Below, piece after piece: positions 27,405-36,575 of a stretch of 64,000 nucleotides of DNA. The DNA is from an uncultured Candidatus Saccharibacteria bacterium (GTDB lineage: Bacteria; Patescibacteriota; Minisyncoccia; Phycocordibacterales; Phycocordibacteraceae), in NCBI GenBank assembly GCA_964507275.1, contig CAZDPG010000001.1, positions 547,555-611,554 of the forward strand, given 5' to 3'. Made by a program: the position numbers and the translations under genes. The number at the start of each line of letters is the position of its first letter. Position 1 is the first letter of the stretch. Below the pieces are notes generated by a model. That model had not been told where the DNA came from and made no database searches. It saw nothing but the letters and a program-made list of their open reading frames with translations.

Positions 27405-29225
27405 ATGGCCTTACTTGATTTTCTCAACCGCAAAGATAAAGAGGAAGCGCCAGCAATCATGCCGGTGCTGCCGAAAGATATCTACAAGCAGAGCTCGCTT
27501 GATCTCGTTGATACCATCGCGCCGACAGCGCTCAGAATAAGTTCACGCGAAATCGAACTCGGAGAAAAGTTCGTCCGTACGTTCTACACCGTCTCCTATC
27601 CGCGTTTCCTCTCTGACAGTTGGTTCTCTCCGGTCATCAATCTCGACAAAGTGCTTGATGTCTCTCTGTTCATCCACCCGATTGAGACCGAACAGGCACT
27701 TCGTAGCTTCCAGAAAAAGGTTGCCGAGGTCCAAAGCCAGATAAATGAAAGGGAATCCAAAGGACTCGTCCGCGATCCACTCCTTGATACGGCATACCAA
27801 GATCTCGAGAGTCTTCGCGACAGCCTACAGCAAGCACAGGAGAAGCTTTTCGATGTCGGTCTCTACCTGGCTCTCTACGGCGACACCAAGGAGGACATAT
27901 CGAAAACTGAAGGGGAGATACGCGGCATCCTGGATGCGAAGCTTGTCTATACCAAACCGGCCCTCTTCCAGCAGGAGCAGGGATTCCGTTCTTGCTTACC
28001 GCTCGGCTCCGATGAACTTCTCGTCAATTCGAAATTGAATTCATCGCCGCTCTCATCGATATTCCCCTTCGTTTCCTTCGATCTTACGAGCGATCGCGGC
28101 ATCCTCTACGGCATCAACCGACACAACTCTTCACTCATCTTGTTCGATCGTTTCTCTCTCGAAAACTACAATTCCGTCATCTTCGCAAAGTCCGGCTCGG
28201 GTAAAAGCTATGCGACCAAACTTGAGATCCTGCGTTCACTCATGTTCGGCACCGACATCATCGTCATCGATCCTGAGCGTGAATACGAACAGCTGGCTGA
28301 AGCGACAGGCGGACGCTCTTTCAATATCTCTCTTTCATCACTCAACCACATCAATCCGTTCGATCTCCCGCCGGTCAAGGAAGATGAGGATCCGAAAGAC
28401 ATTCTACGTTCCAATATCATTTCTCTCGTCGGTCTCTTCCGCATCATGCTCGGCGGACTCTCCCCTGAAGAAGATGCAATTATCGATCGTGCTGTCAGCG
28501 AAACGTATGCGCTCAAGGATATAACTGGGGATACTGATTTCACTGGAGCCGAACCGCCGCTTCTTTCAGATTTCGAGCAAGTGCTCTCCGGCATGGAAGG
28601 AAGTGAGTCCCTCATCAAGCGTCTCTCAAAATACACACGCGGGACCTGGTCAGGATTCATGAATCAACCTACGAACATCGACCTGAAGCAACAGTTCGCA
28701 GTGTTCTCCGTACGCGATATGGAAGACGAGCTGAAGCCAATCGCGATGTACATCATCACGCATTACATCTGGAACGCCGTTCGTCATGACATGAAAAAAC
28801 GCCTTCTCATCATCGATGAGGCATGGTGGATGATGAAGAGCGACGACACTGCGTCCTTCCTCTATTCGCTTGCAAAACGCGGACGTAAATACTATCTCGG
28901 AGTCTGTACCATTACTCAGGACGTCGAGGACTTCTTGAAGAGCCCGTATGGGAGGCCGATCCTTACGAACTCCTCTCTGCAACTTCTCCTGAAGCAATCC
29001 CCAACGACGATTGATGTGCTGCAACAGACGTTCAATCTCACAGACGAAGAGAAATACCTCCTGCTTGAGGCAGGGGTGGGGGAGGGGCTCTTCTTCGCCG
29101 GATTAAAGCATGTCGCCATCAAGATCGTCGCGAGCTATACCGAAGACCAGATCATCACGTCCGATCCCTCGCAACTTCTCGCGATAAAGCAAGAGAAGGC
29201 TCGGTATGCCGCAGAACAGAAATAA
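27405..29225 (+). CDS. virB4: VirB4-like type IV secretion ATPase (C-terminal ATPase portion)
   Basis: Walker A FAKSGSGKSYATK, Walker B LLIIDEAWWMM, and the CTITQDVEDF motif. Confidence 0.85.
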   Translation: MALLDFLNRKDKEEAPAIMPVLPKDIYKQSSLDLVDTIAPTALRISSREIELGEKFVRTFYTVSYPRFLSDSWFSPVINLDKVLDVSLFIHPIETEQALRSFQKKVAEVQSQINERESKGLVRDPLLDTAYQDLESLRDSLQQAQEKLFDVGLYLALYGDTKEDISKTEGEIRGILDAKLVYTKPALFQQEQGFRSCLPLGSDELLVNSKLNSSPLSSIFPFVSFDLTSDRGILYGINRHNSSLILFDRFSLENYNSVIFAKSGSGKSYATKLEILRSLMFGTDIIVIDPEREYEQLAEATGGRSFNISLSSLNHINPFDLPPVKEDEDPKDILRSNIISLVGLFRIMLGGLSPEEDAIIDRAVSETYALKDITGDTDFTGAEPPLLSDFEQVLSGMEGSESLIKRLSKYTRGTWSGFMNQPTNIDLKQQFAVFSVRDMEDELKPIAMYIITHYIWNAVRHDMKKRLLIIDEAWWMMKSDDTASFLYSLAKRGRKYYLGVCTITQDVEDFLKSPYGRPILTNSSLQLLLKQSPTTIDVLQQTFNLTDEEKYLLLEAGVGEGLFFAGLKHVAIKIVASYTEDQIITSDPSQLLAIKQEKARYAAEQK

Positions 29226-29844
29226 CACAAAGCCGCCTGAGGCGATGACATGGTCGAAAGCGGCGCCAATGATTGTTGTCGCTGGTGTCTTTGATCTCGT
29301 GCGAATCTTTTTTGAAATGTTCTGGTTCTTCGGCCCAGCGCTCGTCGCAGTATATTGCTCCATGAGCGTGGGCGACTGGGTCGGGTCTTTATGGGGACTG
29401 ACTGAAGCTGCGTGTACGACGGCTGCCGGTATCGCTGGTTTCTATGGTGCGGCGATAACCATACCGTTCGGAACGACGATGGCGATGGCCACCGGCCTTT
29501 TTGGCTACCTTACACTTGGGTTGTGGATTCTCATGAAGAACCCGCGGATATTCATAGCCAACGCGAGCGGATCGCTCTGGCTTGCTGGCAGCTTCGGCGT
29601 GAGTGTCGTTCCACTTATTGGCGCAATACCGGCCTTTTCGCTCGTTCTCTGGCGCCTGTACCGGACACAGATACACGTCGAGAAGGCGGCGTTAAAGAAA
29701 TGGGAGAAGGAACACGCCTCGGAGAAGCTTCAGGAACGACAGAAACAAACGGCTGAATTCATGCGTATGCAGCAAGAGGCGGCACATGCTGCCGAATATG
29801 AGCAGGATGACGAAATCCCCGAAGAAGTGCGTAGCGCTGCGTAA
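29206..29844 (+). CDS. polytopic membrane protein, T4SS-associated (possible VirB6/TrbL-like)
   Basis: 4-5 TM helices with an acidic C-terminal tail. Embedded in the T4SS-like operon. Confidence 0.4.
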   Translation: MPQNRNNTKPPEAMTWSKAAPMIVVAGVFDLVRIFFEMFWFFGPALVAVYCSMSVGDWVGSLWGLTEAACTTAAGIAGFYGAAITIPFGTTMAMATGLFGYLTLGLWILMKNPRIFIANASGSLWLAGSFGVSVVPLIGAIPAFSLVLWRLYRTQIHVEKAALKKWEKEHASEKLQERQKQTAEFMRMQQEAAHAAEYEQDDEIPEEVRSAA

Positions 29845-29873
29845 ACACCATCCAGAGGCTATATACTAGGAGC

Positions 29874-30869
29874 ATGCGTTCTAGCCTCCTCATCATCTTC
29901 GCTTTCATACTTTTATCGCCGCTTACGGCAATGGCTCAGTCGCTCGATAGTTTGACCGGAAGCGGCGAGCCTTTCTCCGTGTCAATAAACCCTCGCTATC
30001 CAACTCCCTATAGCCAGGCGACCATCTCATTACTTTCGTCTACGCTCGACCTCACAAACGCCACTCTGAATGTCTCGATGGGGAGTAAGCGCGTATACCA
30101 GGGGAACGTGAAGCCAGTCGCCATTCCGCTCGGTAGGGCAGGAAGTGTCGCTTCGGTGTCGGTAACTGTGACCATCGACGGAACGCCATATTCGCAGTCA
30201 TTCGTGATACAGCCTCAAGACGTCGCTCTTGTCATCGAACCGAAAGCATCGGCACCTATCCTCTATCGAGGAAAGCCTCTTATCCCGCTCGAGGGAAGTA
30301 CGCGCGTGGTCTCGATGGCGAACATGCGGGATGCGGGGGGGAAAATAATCCCATCATCATCACTCGCGTACACATGGACGGTCGATGGTACCCAGATAGC
30401 GAGTGCTTCGGGTATCGGCAAGGAAGCTCTTATCGTCGCTTCACCGCTTCAATATCGAGATCGCTCCGTTTCGGTCGTTGTTAGGAGCCAGAACGGATTA
30501 CTCGTAGGAGGAGCCTCCATTTCTTTCTCTCCAGCCGATCCAATGGTGCGGGTATATAAGAACGATCCGCTACTCGGCATCCTTTTCGATCATGCTCTTT
30601 CTGGTACCTATACGATAGCCGACACGGAGGCGACGATCTATGGAGTTCCGTATTCTTTCCCGCTTCTGAGTGGTACACCTCGAATCCAATGGTTCCTGAA
30701 CGGCAACCTCGCGCAGACCGGCGATTCAATAACCCTGCGTCCATCCGGTAACGGGGAAGGGAATGCTTCTCTCTCGGTTAGCGCCTCAGCCGGTACGTCA
30801 GCGAGTGCCGTGACGGAACTGTTGCTTTCTTTTGGTGCGAAAAAGTCATTTAACTTCTTTGGCTTATGA
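29874..30869 (+). CDS. secreted protein with signal peptide, hypothetical
   Basis: MRSSLLIIFAFILLSPLTAMA|QS signal peptide. β-rich, repetitive. Confidence 0.5.
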   Translation: MRSSLLIIFAFILLSPLTAMAQSLDSLTGSGEPFSVSINPRYPTPYSQATISLLSSTLDLTNATLNVSMGSKRVYQGNVKPVAIPLGRAGSVASVSVTVTIDGTPYSQSFVIQPQDVALVIEPKASAPILYRGKPLIPLEGSTRVVSMANMRDAGGKIIPSSSLAYTWTVDGTQIASASGIGKEALIVASPLQYRDRSVSVVVRSQNGLLVGGASISFSPADPMVRVYKNDPLLGILFDHALSGTYTIADTEATIYGVPYSFPLLSGTPRIQWFLNGNLAQTGDSITLRPSGNGEGNASLSVSASAGTSASAVTELLLSFGAKKSFNFFGL

Positions 30870-31501
30870 AAAAAATAATCATTCTGAGCGTTTTAGCATT
30901 CTTCGGCTTCGCGGCGCACACGCTCGCAGCAGAAGGATTCACGGCGCTCGCTCCTATCACCGGACTCACTGATGCCGGAGCGACAAGCGTCATAGACGCG
31001 GACTCGCTCGCTAACTTCTTCAATAATCTCTATAAATACCTCATTGGACTCGCCGCGACGCTCGCCGTCATTGAGATCATCTGGGGCGGGCTCGAGATAT
31101 CAACGAAGGATTCCGTCAGCAAGCAGAGTGACGGCAAAGAACGCATCACCCAAGCCATATTCGGCCTCATACTCGTCCTGTCACCGGTACTCGTCTTCTC
31201 CATTATCAATCCAAGTATCCTGAACCTTTCTCTTAATCTTCCCCCGCTTGATACCAAGGCCGGAACGTTCACCGGACCAGCTCCAGAAACCTCAGGGACG
31301 GCGACTGGTCCTTCATTCCCAACATCCTCCTTTCAACAAAACTGCGCCCAGTATAATGACTCAAGTCACAGTATAATATCTCCGCCATCCTCAGACAGTT
31401 GTTCTAAATATGGCGGAACGGATATTGATGTTGCCTGCTGCTTTCCTAATGGAGGAGTTGATACAAGTAAATTCCACTGTTGCGTGACACCCAAACAATA
31501 G
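30866..31501 (+). CDS. candidate T4SS pilin (VirB2/TrbC-like topology) with Cys-rich C-terminal extension
   Basis: Signal peptide MKKIIILSVLAFFGFAAHTLAA, then two hydrophobic helices (LIGLAATLAVIEIIWGGL and AIFGLILVLSPVLVFSII), then a tail containing 6 Cys. Confidence 0.4.
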   Translation: MKKIIILSVLAFFGFAAHTLAAEGFTALAPITGLTDAGATSVIDADSLANFFNNLYKYLIGLAATLAVIEIIWGGLEISTKDSVSKQSDGKERITQAIFGLILVLSPVLVFSIINPSILNLSLNLPPLDTKAGTFTGPAPETSGTATGPSFPTSSFQQNCAQYNDSSHSIISPPSSDSCSKYGGTDIDVACCFPNGGVDTSKFHCCVTPKQ

Positions 31502-31503
31502 CC

Positions 31504-32712
31504 ATGCGCCGATCACTCATCATCTCCATCGTCGTGCTCGTCCTCATCACGCTCAGTGCGGGTGTATACGTCTATCTTTCAACAACCTCAGCTGGTATCA
31601 CGGTCGCACCGGTCGGGGACACCAGCTTCCCTGTAGCGGGGCAGCAGGGTTCTCCGAGCACCAGCACTGGAGCGTCTGATGCGACCGATACTCTTCCCGG
31701 AGCACCCGTCTCCGTCTCTACGCGACTGGTACAGATAAGTGCTGGGCCCGTTGTACCAGGAGCGGTCGTTGTCGACATGAAAGCGAAAGACGCGAGCTCG
31801 ACGCCGGAAGTTGCCGTGAATTATATCGAACGGGGAAGCGGGAATGTCTTTTCCTACCTCACCCGAGCGAAGACGCTTACCCGAGTGAACAACAAGACCA
31901 TTCCAGGGATACAATCTGCACAGTGGCTTCCAAACGGGTCGTTCTCATTCGTACGCTATCTTTCAGGGAGTGATTTCTCGACTATCAATACCTACGCGCT
32001 TGCGGCGACGAGCTCAAGCGGCTTCTTCCTTCCCCAAAATCTCGCTGACATTGCTGTTTCTGCCTCTGGGGTCCTCACGCTTTCCTCAGGCGTGAATGGA
32101 TCTGTCGTTTCGCTCTCAAGGGTCGATGGTACGCGAACGACGACACTATTCACCACACCACTCTCATCGCTCCGCGTTTCTTTCTTGGGCAAGAATCAGT
32201 ATCTCGCTTTTACGAAACCTTCGGGAACCCTTTCGGGGCATGCTTTTATCGTCGATAGCGCCGGGCATTTCTCCCGTATCGCCGGTCCAGAGAACGGTCT
32301 CGTCGCCCTCGCGAGCCCATCAGGGAAGTGGGTGCTCGTAAGCTCTACGAAAGGAAGCTTGATGCAGTTGGAGCTCATCGACACTACAACCGGCAGCTCA
32401 CTCGCCCTTCCGATTGCGACCATTGCTGACAAATGCGTATGGGCAGCTGACGATGCTTCTGTTTATTGCGGTGTTCCTGTAAACCCGGATTCGGCATATG
32501 TGTATCCTGATGATTGGTATCAGGGTGCCGCACATTTCTCTGACCGCATATGGAAGATACAGGTCGTGGGACGGTATGCGCAGCTCGTACTTGATTTTTC
32601 TGAGGCGAAGAGCGGCAATCTCGATGTTGAGTCAATTGCCATCGACCCAGCTGGAGCGGCGCTCGTCTTCACTAATAGGAACGATGGTTCCCTTTGGAGT
32701 TACTCGATCTGA
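31504..32712 (+). CDS. membrane-anchored β-propeller-like protein, hypothetical
   Basis: N-terminal TM anchor LIISIVVLVLITLSAGVYVYL. Repeated SPSGKWVLVS-type blades. Confidence 0.45.
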   Translation: MRRSLIISIVVLVLITLSAGVYVYLSTTSAGITVAPVGDTSFPVAGQQGSPSTSTGASDATDTLPGAPVSVSTRLVQISAGPVVPGAVVVDMKAKDASSTPEVAVNYIERGSGNVFSYLTRAKTLTRVNNKTIPGIQSAQWLPNGSFSFVRYLSGSDFSTINTYALAATSSSGFFLPQNLADIAVSASGVLTLSSGVNGSVVSLSRVDGTRTTTLFTTPLSSLRVSFLGKNQYLAFTKPSGTLSGHAFIVDSAGHFSRIAGPENGLVALASPSGKWVLVSSTKGSLMQLELIDTTTGSSLALPIATIADKCVWAADDASVYCGVPVNPDSAYVYPDDWYQGAAHFSDRIWKIQVVGRYAQLVLDFSEAKSGNLDVESIAIDPAGAALVFTNRNDGSLWSYSI

Positions 32713-33440
32713 TGAGGACTATCAGTGATAATCGTGCGGCGGACGTGCCACTCCTGAAGTGAACCAGCGAGGTTCGTAGCGATGAAATAGAGCGCAACAG
32801 CGCCTGACGTCGTGTAGGAAATAGCGGCAATAAGGAACGGGAAGACGTATTTGAGTTGCAGGCCGATAATCCTCTGGAAATCTCCTTGCATGCCACCGTT
32901 TTGTGACGGTTTCATTGTGCCCTTGAGCGCCATATGCGCTTGAAGCAATTGCGTGAGGCCGGCGCATGCCGCTAAGAAAATACTCTTGCCAGTGACTGAG
33001 ATGATTCCGAGGAATTCAAGGGATATGGTATGCGGGACGGGCGTGAGCGCATAGAGCCGTGCGAGGTTTATAGCCGGAAATGGCTCGTAGTAGAAGACCC
33101 AGTAGAGTGCGAGGAGGATAGGAATTTGGATGAAAACCATAAGGATGCTCGCGAATGGATTTACTTCCGCTTCCTTATAGAGAGCAAGTGTTTCAAGAGC
33201 TTCTTTCTCCTTATCTCCCTTGTGTGTCTCCTTCAGAGCTTTTATCTTCGGTTCGAGCTCCTTCATCGTGCGCTGTGTGCGGGCTGCGGAAAGGGAGAAG
33301 GGGAGGAGGAGGAGGCGAATCAGAATCGTCAGGATAATAACCGCGATACCGACGTCAGAGCCTGGGACAAGAGCGACAAGAGCGACAAGAGCATTGTAGA
33401 TCGGATTATAGAAAACAGTGTGAAAGAAAGCTGAAATCAC
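32700..33440 (-). CDS. yidC: membrane protein insertase YidC/Oxa1 (short form)
   Basis: 246 aa with 5 TM helices and the conserved IQIPILLALYW region. Confidence 0.85.
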   Translation of the reverse strand: MISAFFHTVFYNPIYNALVALVALVPGSDVGIAVIILTILIRLLLLPFSLSAARTQRTMKELEPKIKALKETHKGDKEKEALETLALYKEAEVNPFASILMVFIQIPILLALYWVFYYEPFPAINLARLYALTPVPHTISLEFLGIISVTGKSIFLAACAGLTQLLQAHMALKGTMKPSQNGGMQGDFQRIIGLQLKYVFPFLIAAISYTTSGAVALYFIATNLAGSLQEWHVRRTIITDSPHQIE

Positions 33441-33451
33441 AGGTGGGGTAG

Positions 33452-33763
33452 TTAGTCTTTTATACTTGAAACAAGGTTTATAAGCTCAACCTTGAGGTCT
33501 TGGTATCTTACACTACTTGCGGTTGATCGTGGGAATACAATCAAAGAGGGAGGGAGTGGAAGTGTGCGTAGTACCTCAAGCACTTGGCGCTTCAGGCGAT
33601 GCCTTCCAGACGAAAGTCGGATGACTTTCTTAGGTATAACGACTGCATACCCATGAGCTTCTTCGGGAAGCACTATAACAAAATGGGGTGAGGAGAATCT
33701 CCTACCAGCCTTGAGGGCGGCCGGGAATTGGGCGCGAGAGAGCCGTTCTCGACGTGAGAACAC
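33452..33763 (-). CDS. rnpA: ribonuclease P protein component
   Basis: 103 aa, basic, with an RLKRQ motif. Sits between rpmH and yidC. Confidence 0.75.
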   Translation of the reverse strand: MFSRRERLSRAQFPAALKAGRRFSSPHFVIVLPEEAHGYAVVIPKKVIRLSSGRHRLKRQVLEVLRTLPLPPSLIVFPRSTASSVRYQDLKVELINLVSSIKD

Positions 33764-33769
33764 AGAAAA

Positions 33770-33910
33770 TCAGACGGCGAGGCTTGCCCTCCCCACGCGA
33801 CGACGCTTTTGGATGATTTTTCGGCCGGAAGCCGTCTCTGAACGCGAGAGAAACCCGTGAGTTGTGGCGCGTTTACGCTTTTTTGGTTGATAGGTTCTTT
33901 TCGTTGCCAT
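33770..33910 (-). CDS. rpmH: 50S ribosomal protein L34
   Basis: Hand-translated (not in the ORF track): [46 protein letters not shown]. Confidence 0.85.
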   Translation of the reverse strand: MATKRTYQPKKRKRATTHGFLSRSETASGRKIIQKRRRVGRASLAV

Positions 33911-34006
33911 ACAGGATGGAAATTAGGTTGTACCCATGATACTAACAGTTTCTCCACGAAACGCCAGTGTGCGGTAGATTCTGAATGAGCGTATACTCCA
34001 AGGAAT

Positions 34007-35359
34007 ATGGACAAGGGAAATACGCGTGAACTCTGGGAACACATACTGACCCAAATCGAACTTTCGATATCGCCCGCGAATTTCAACACCTGGTTTAGAA
34101 ACAGCTTTATCGTAAAGATAGGAGAAGATGGTGTTGTCTATATCGGTGTGCCGAGTCAGTTCTTCAAGGATTGGTATCTTAAGAAATTCCATACACTCCT
34201 TCTCAAGATCGTTCGTGAAGTATCATATGAATTCCGCAATATCGAATATCTCATCGTGAAAGATGAGCATCGAAAAGTTCCAAAAGAGAATAAGGTCACA
34301 CGGGGAGCACTTGAGCTCCCGCTTGAGGATTTCTATATAAACAAGAGCGATAATCTGAACCCTCGCTATACCTTCGACACATTCGTTATTGGTTCTTTCA
34401 ATAATCTCGCCTATGTGGCTGCACAAGCAGCTTTGAACCGCCCAGGAATCACCTACAACCCTCTTTTCATCTACGGCGATACCGGCCGCGGTAAGACACA
34501 CCTTATTCAAGCAATCGGGAATCAATTCAAGAAGCAGTATCAGGGTAGGAAGGTTTTCTATCTCACCTCGGAAAAGTTCGCTATCGACTATACCGATTCC
34601 GTACAGGCAGGAACGGCGAACCGTTTCAAGGATAAATATCGCCAATATGATCTTCTCATTATGGATGATGTGCAGTTTCTTTCGAAGAAAGACAAGACCC
34701 AGGAAGAACTCTTTCATCTCTTCAATGCACTCTATGACACGAATAAACAAATTATATTCTCCTCTGATCGCTCCCCAGCATCGATTCCTGATATCGCTGA
34801 ACGACTAAAGAGCCGTCTTGGAAGCGGTATGGCGGTCGATATTAGCGAACCAGACCCTGAATCCCGTATGGCCATTGTGCAGAAAAAGGCTGCGTTGCAC
34901 GGTATTATCCTGTCGGATGAGGTTATTGAATATGTTGCAACAACACTTTCGGGATCAATTCGCGAACTGGAAGGTATGGTGAATAGTATTGTTTGTCATG
35001 CACAAGTGAAAGGGAGTGCTCCTGATATCGCTGAAGTACGACAATCCCTTCGATCATTCACTCGTCCTCAGAAGAATATTTCTGTGAAGAATGTAGTTGA
35101 TAAGGTCGCTGAATTCTATGGGATTGATGAAGAGAGTATTTATGAAAAGACTCGAAGGAGGGAAGTGGTCCGTCCTCGACAGATCATTATGTACATCCTT
35201 CGTGAAGATTTTAATATTTCCTATCCGACGATTGGTTCGAAACTTGGTGGACGCGATCATACGACAGTTATCCACTCCTGTGAGAAGATAAAGCGGGAAA
35301 TAGTTGTTGATAACGATCTTTCAAAAGAGATTCAAGATATTCGCAGCCTCCTTGTATGA
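34007..35359 (+). CDS. dnaA: chromosomal replication initiator DnaA
   Basis: N-terminal LWEHILTQIE, AAA+ Walker A GDTGRGKTHL, and a C-terminal domain IV helix-turn-helix. Confidence 0.95.
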   Translation: MDKGNTRELWEHILTQIELSISPANFNTWFRNSFIVKIGEDGVVYIGVPSQFFKDWYLKKFHTLLLKIVREVSYEFRNIEYLIVKDEHRKVPKENKVTRGALELPLEDFYINKSDNLNPRYTFDTFVIGSFNNLAYVAAQAALNRPGITYNPLFIYGDTGRGKTHLIQAIGNQFKKQYQGRKVFYLTSEKFAIDYTDSVQAGTANRFKDKYRQYDLLIMDDVQFLSKKDKTQEELFHLFNALYDTNKQIIFSSDRSPASIPDIAERLKSRLGSGMAVDISEPDPESRMAIVQKKAALHGIILSDEVIEYVATTLSGSIRELEGMVNSIVCHAQVKGSAPDIAEVRQSLRSFTRPQKNISVKNVVDKVAEFYGIDEESIYEKTRRREVVRPRQIIMYILREDFNISYPTIGSKLGGRDHTTVIHSCEKIKREIVVDNDLSKEIQDIRSLLV

Positions 35360-35471
35360 TGTTTACTAAACACTTATCAACAAGTTTTAGTAACTCATAC
35401 AAGGAAATAATCCTTTCATTTACTCATCATTTCAGCTTATCCCCATTACCAACACCCCTAATAAGAATCGT
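35360..35471. other. candidate oriC (AT-rich dnaA-dnaN intergenic region with DnaA-box-like 9-mers)
   Basis: TTATCAACA at 35375 and TTATCCCCA at 35447, each one mismatch from TTATCCACA. TTATCCACT at 35268 lies just inside the dnaA 3' end. The region is strongly AT-rich. Confidence 0.5.
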
Positions 35472-36572
35472 ATGAATATTTTAATTGAAAAAAAAGAATT
35501 CTCTGAAGCTGTGCATATCGTCTCACGATTTGCGGAACGAAAGAGTGCAACGCTTCCAGCACTTTCTTCCATTCTTATTATTGCGGGTGATGATGGTATT
35601 AAGTTGCGCGCTACAAATCTTGAGACAGGTATTGATCTAAAACTCTCAGGGAAAATAACAACTCATGGTGTCGTTGCTATTCCAGCGACAATACTTCAGC
35701 AAATAGCTGGTTCATTCACTCAAGAGGGAGATATAACCCTCGAACATACGGGAGATATTGTTTCTATAGTGAGCGGTACAGGGAAAAGCTCAATAAAGAC
35801 CGTCCCATATGATGATTTTCCCTCAATCCCTTTCCCAGAGAATCCTAAGAACAGAATAGTTATTCCAGGAATACTTCTTAAAAACCTATTCACTTCAATA
35901 GCTTCTTGCGCCTCTACATCAACCGTCAGACCTGAGCTTTCAAGTATTTATATATCAATAGAGGGAAGTGTTCTTACTGCGGTTGCAACTGATTCGTTCA
36001 GACTTGCAGAAAAGAAAGTACCTCTTTCAAATAAAGGGACGCAAGGAAAGTTCCTTATTCCAGCGAAGAATGCGCTCGATATAGCGCAAGCGCTTCCGGA
36101 TAATGAGATAATTATGTCGTTCGATGAGCATCAGTGTGCATTCGTTGGTGAGATGGGAATGCTCGTCTCTCGGCTTACGAATGCTGTCTATCCTGATTAC
36201 CGCCAGATCATACCAAAAGAATCAGTTGTGGAAGCAATTATCCTACGAAAGGATTTTGAAACCGCCCTAAAGAGAACGACAATATTCTCTGATTCATTTC
36301 AAAAAGTGCGTATGAGTTTTGATCCAAAAAAGAATCTCTTTGCATTCTTTGCGCGGAATGTCGACATAGGAGAATCATCAGAAACACTTCCAGCGCGCGT
36401 ATCGGGGAGTGCTCTTGATCTCTCATTTAACCATCGATACCTTTCTGCTGTCCTCTCCCTCACTTCTGCCGAAAGCCTCTCATTGACTGCCGCTGGCATA
36501 GGACGACCACTTATTATAAAAGGGGTCGGAGATACTTCTCTCCTCTATCTTGTTTCTCCAATGAACCAATAA
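35472..36572 (+). CDS. dnaN: DNA polymerase III β sliding clamp
   Basis: 366 aa with a three-domain β-clamp pattern (MNILIEKKEFSEAV...). Confidence 0.9.
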   Translation: MNILIEKKEFSEAVHIVSRFAERKSATLPALSSILIIAGDDGIKLRATNLETGIDLKLSGKITTHGVVAIPATILQQIAGSFTQEGDITLEHTGDIVSIVSGTGKSSIKTVPYDDFPSIPFPENPKNRIVIPGILLKNLFTSIASCASTSTVRPELSSIYISIEGSVLTAVATDSFRLAEKKVPLSNKGTQGKFLIPAKNALDIAQALPDNEIIMSFDEHQCAFVGEMGMLVSRLTNAVYPDYRQIIPKESVVEAIILRKDFETALKRTTIFSDSFQKVRMSFDPKKNLFAFFARNVDIGESSETLPARVSGSALDLSFNHRYLSAVLSLTSAESLSLTAAGIGRPLIIKGVGDTSLLYLVSPMNQ

Positions 36573-36575
36573 CGC

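Noticed and set aside
33673-34089. 138-aa minus-strand ORF across rpmH and the dnaA 5' region
   Set aside because: Overlaps the hand-verified rpmH and the dnaA start. Artefact.
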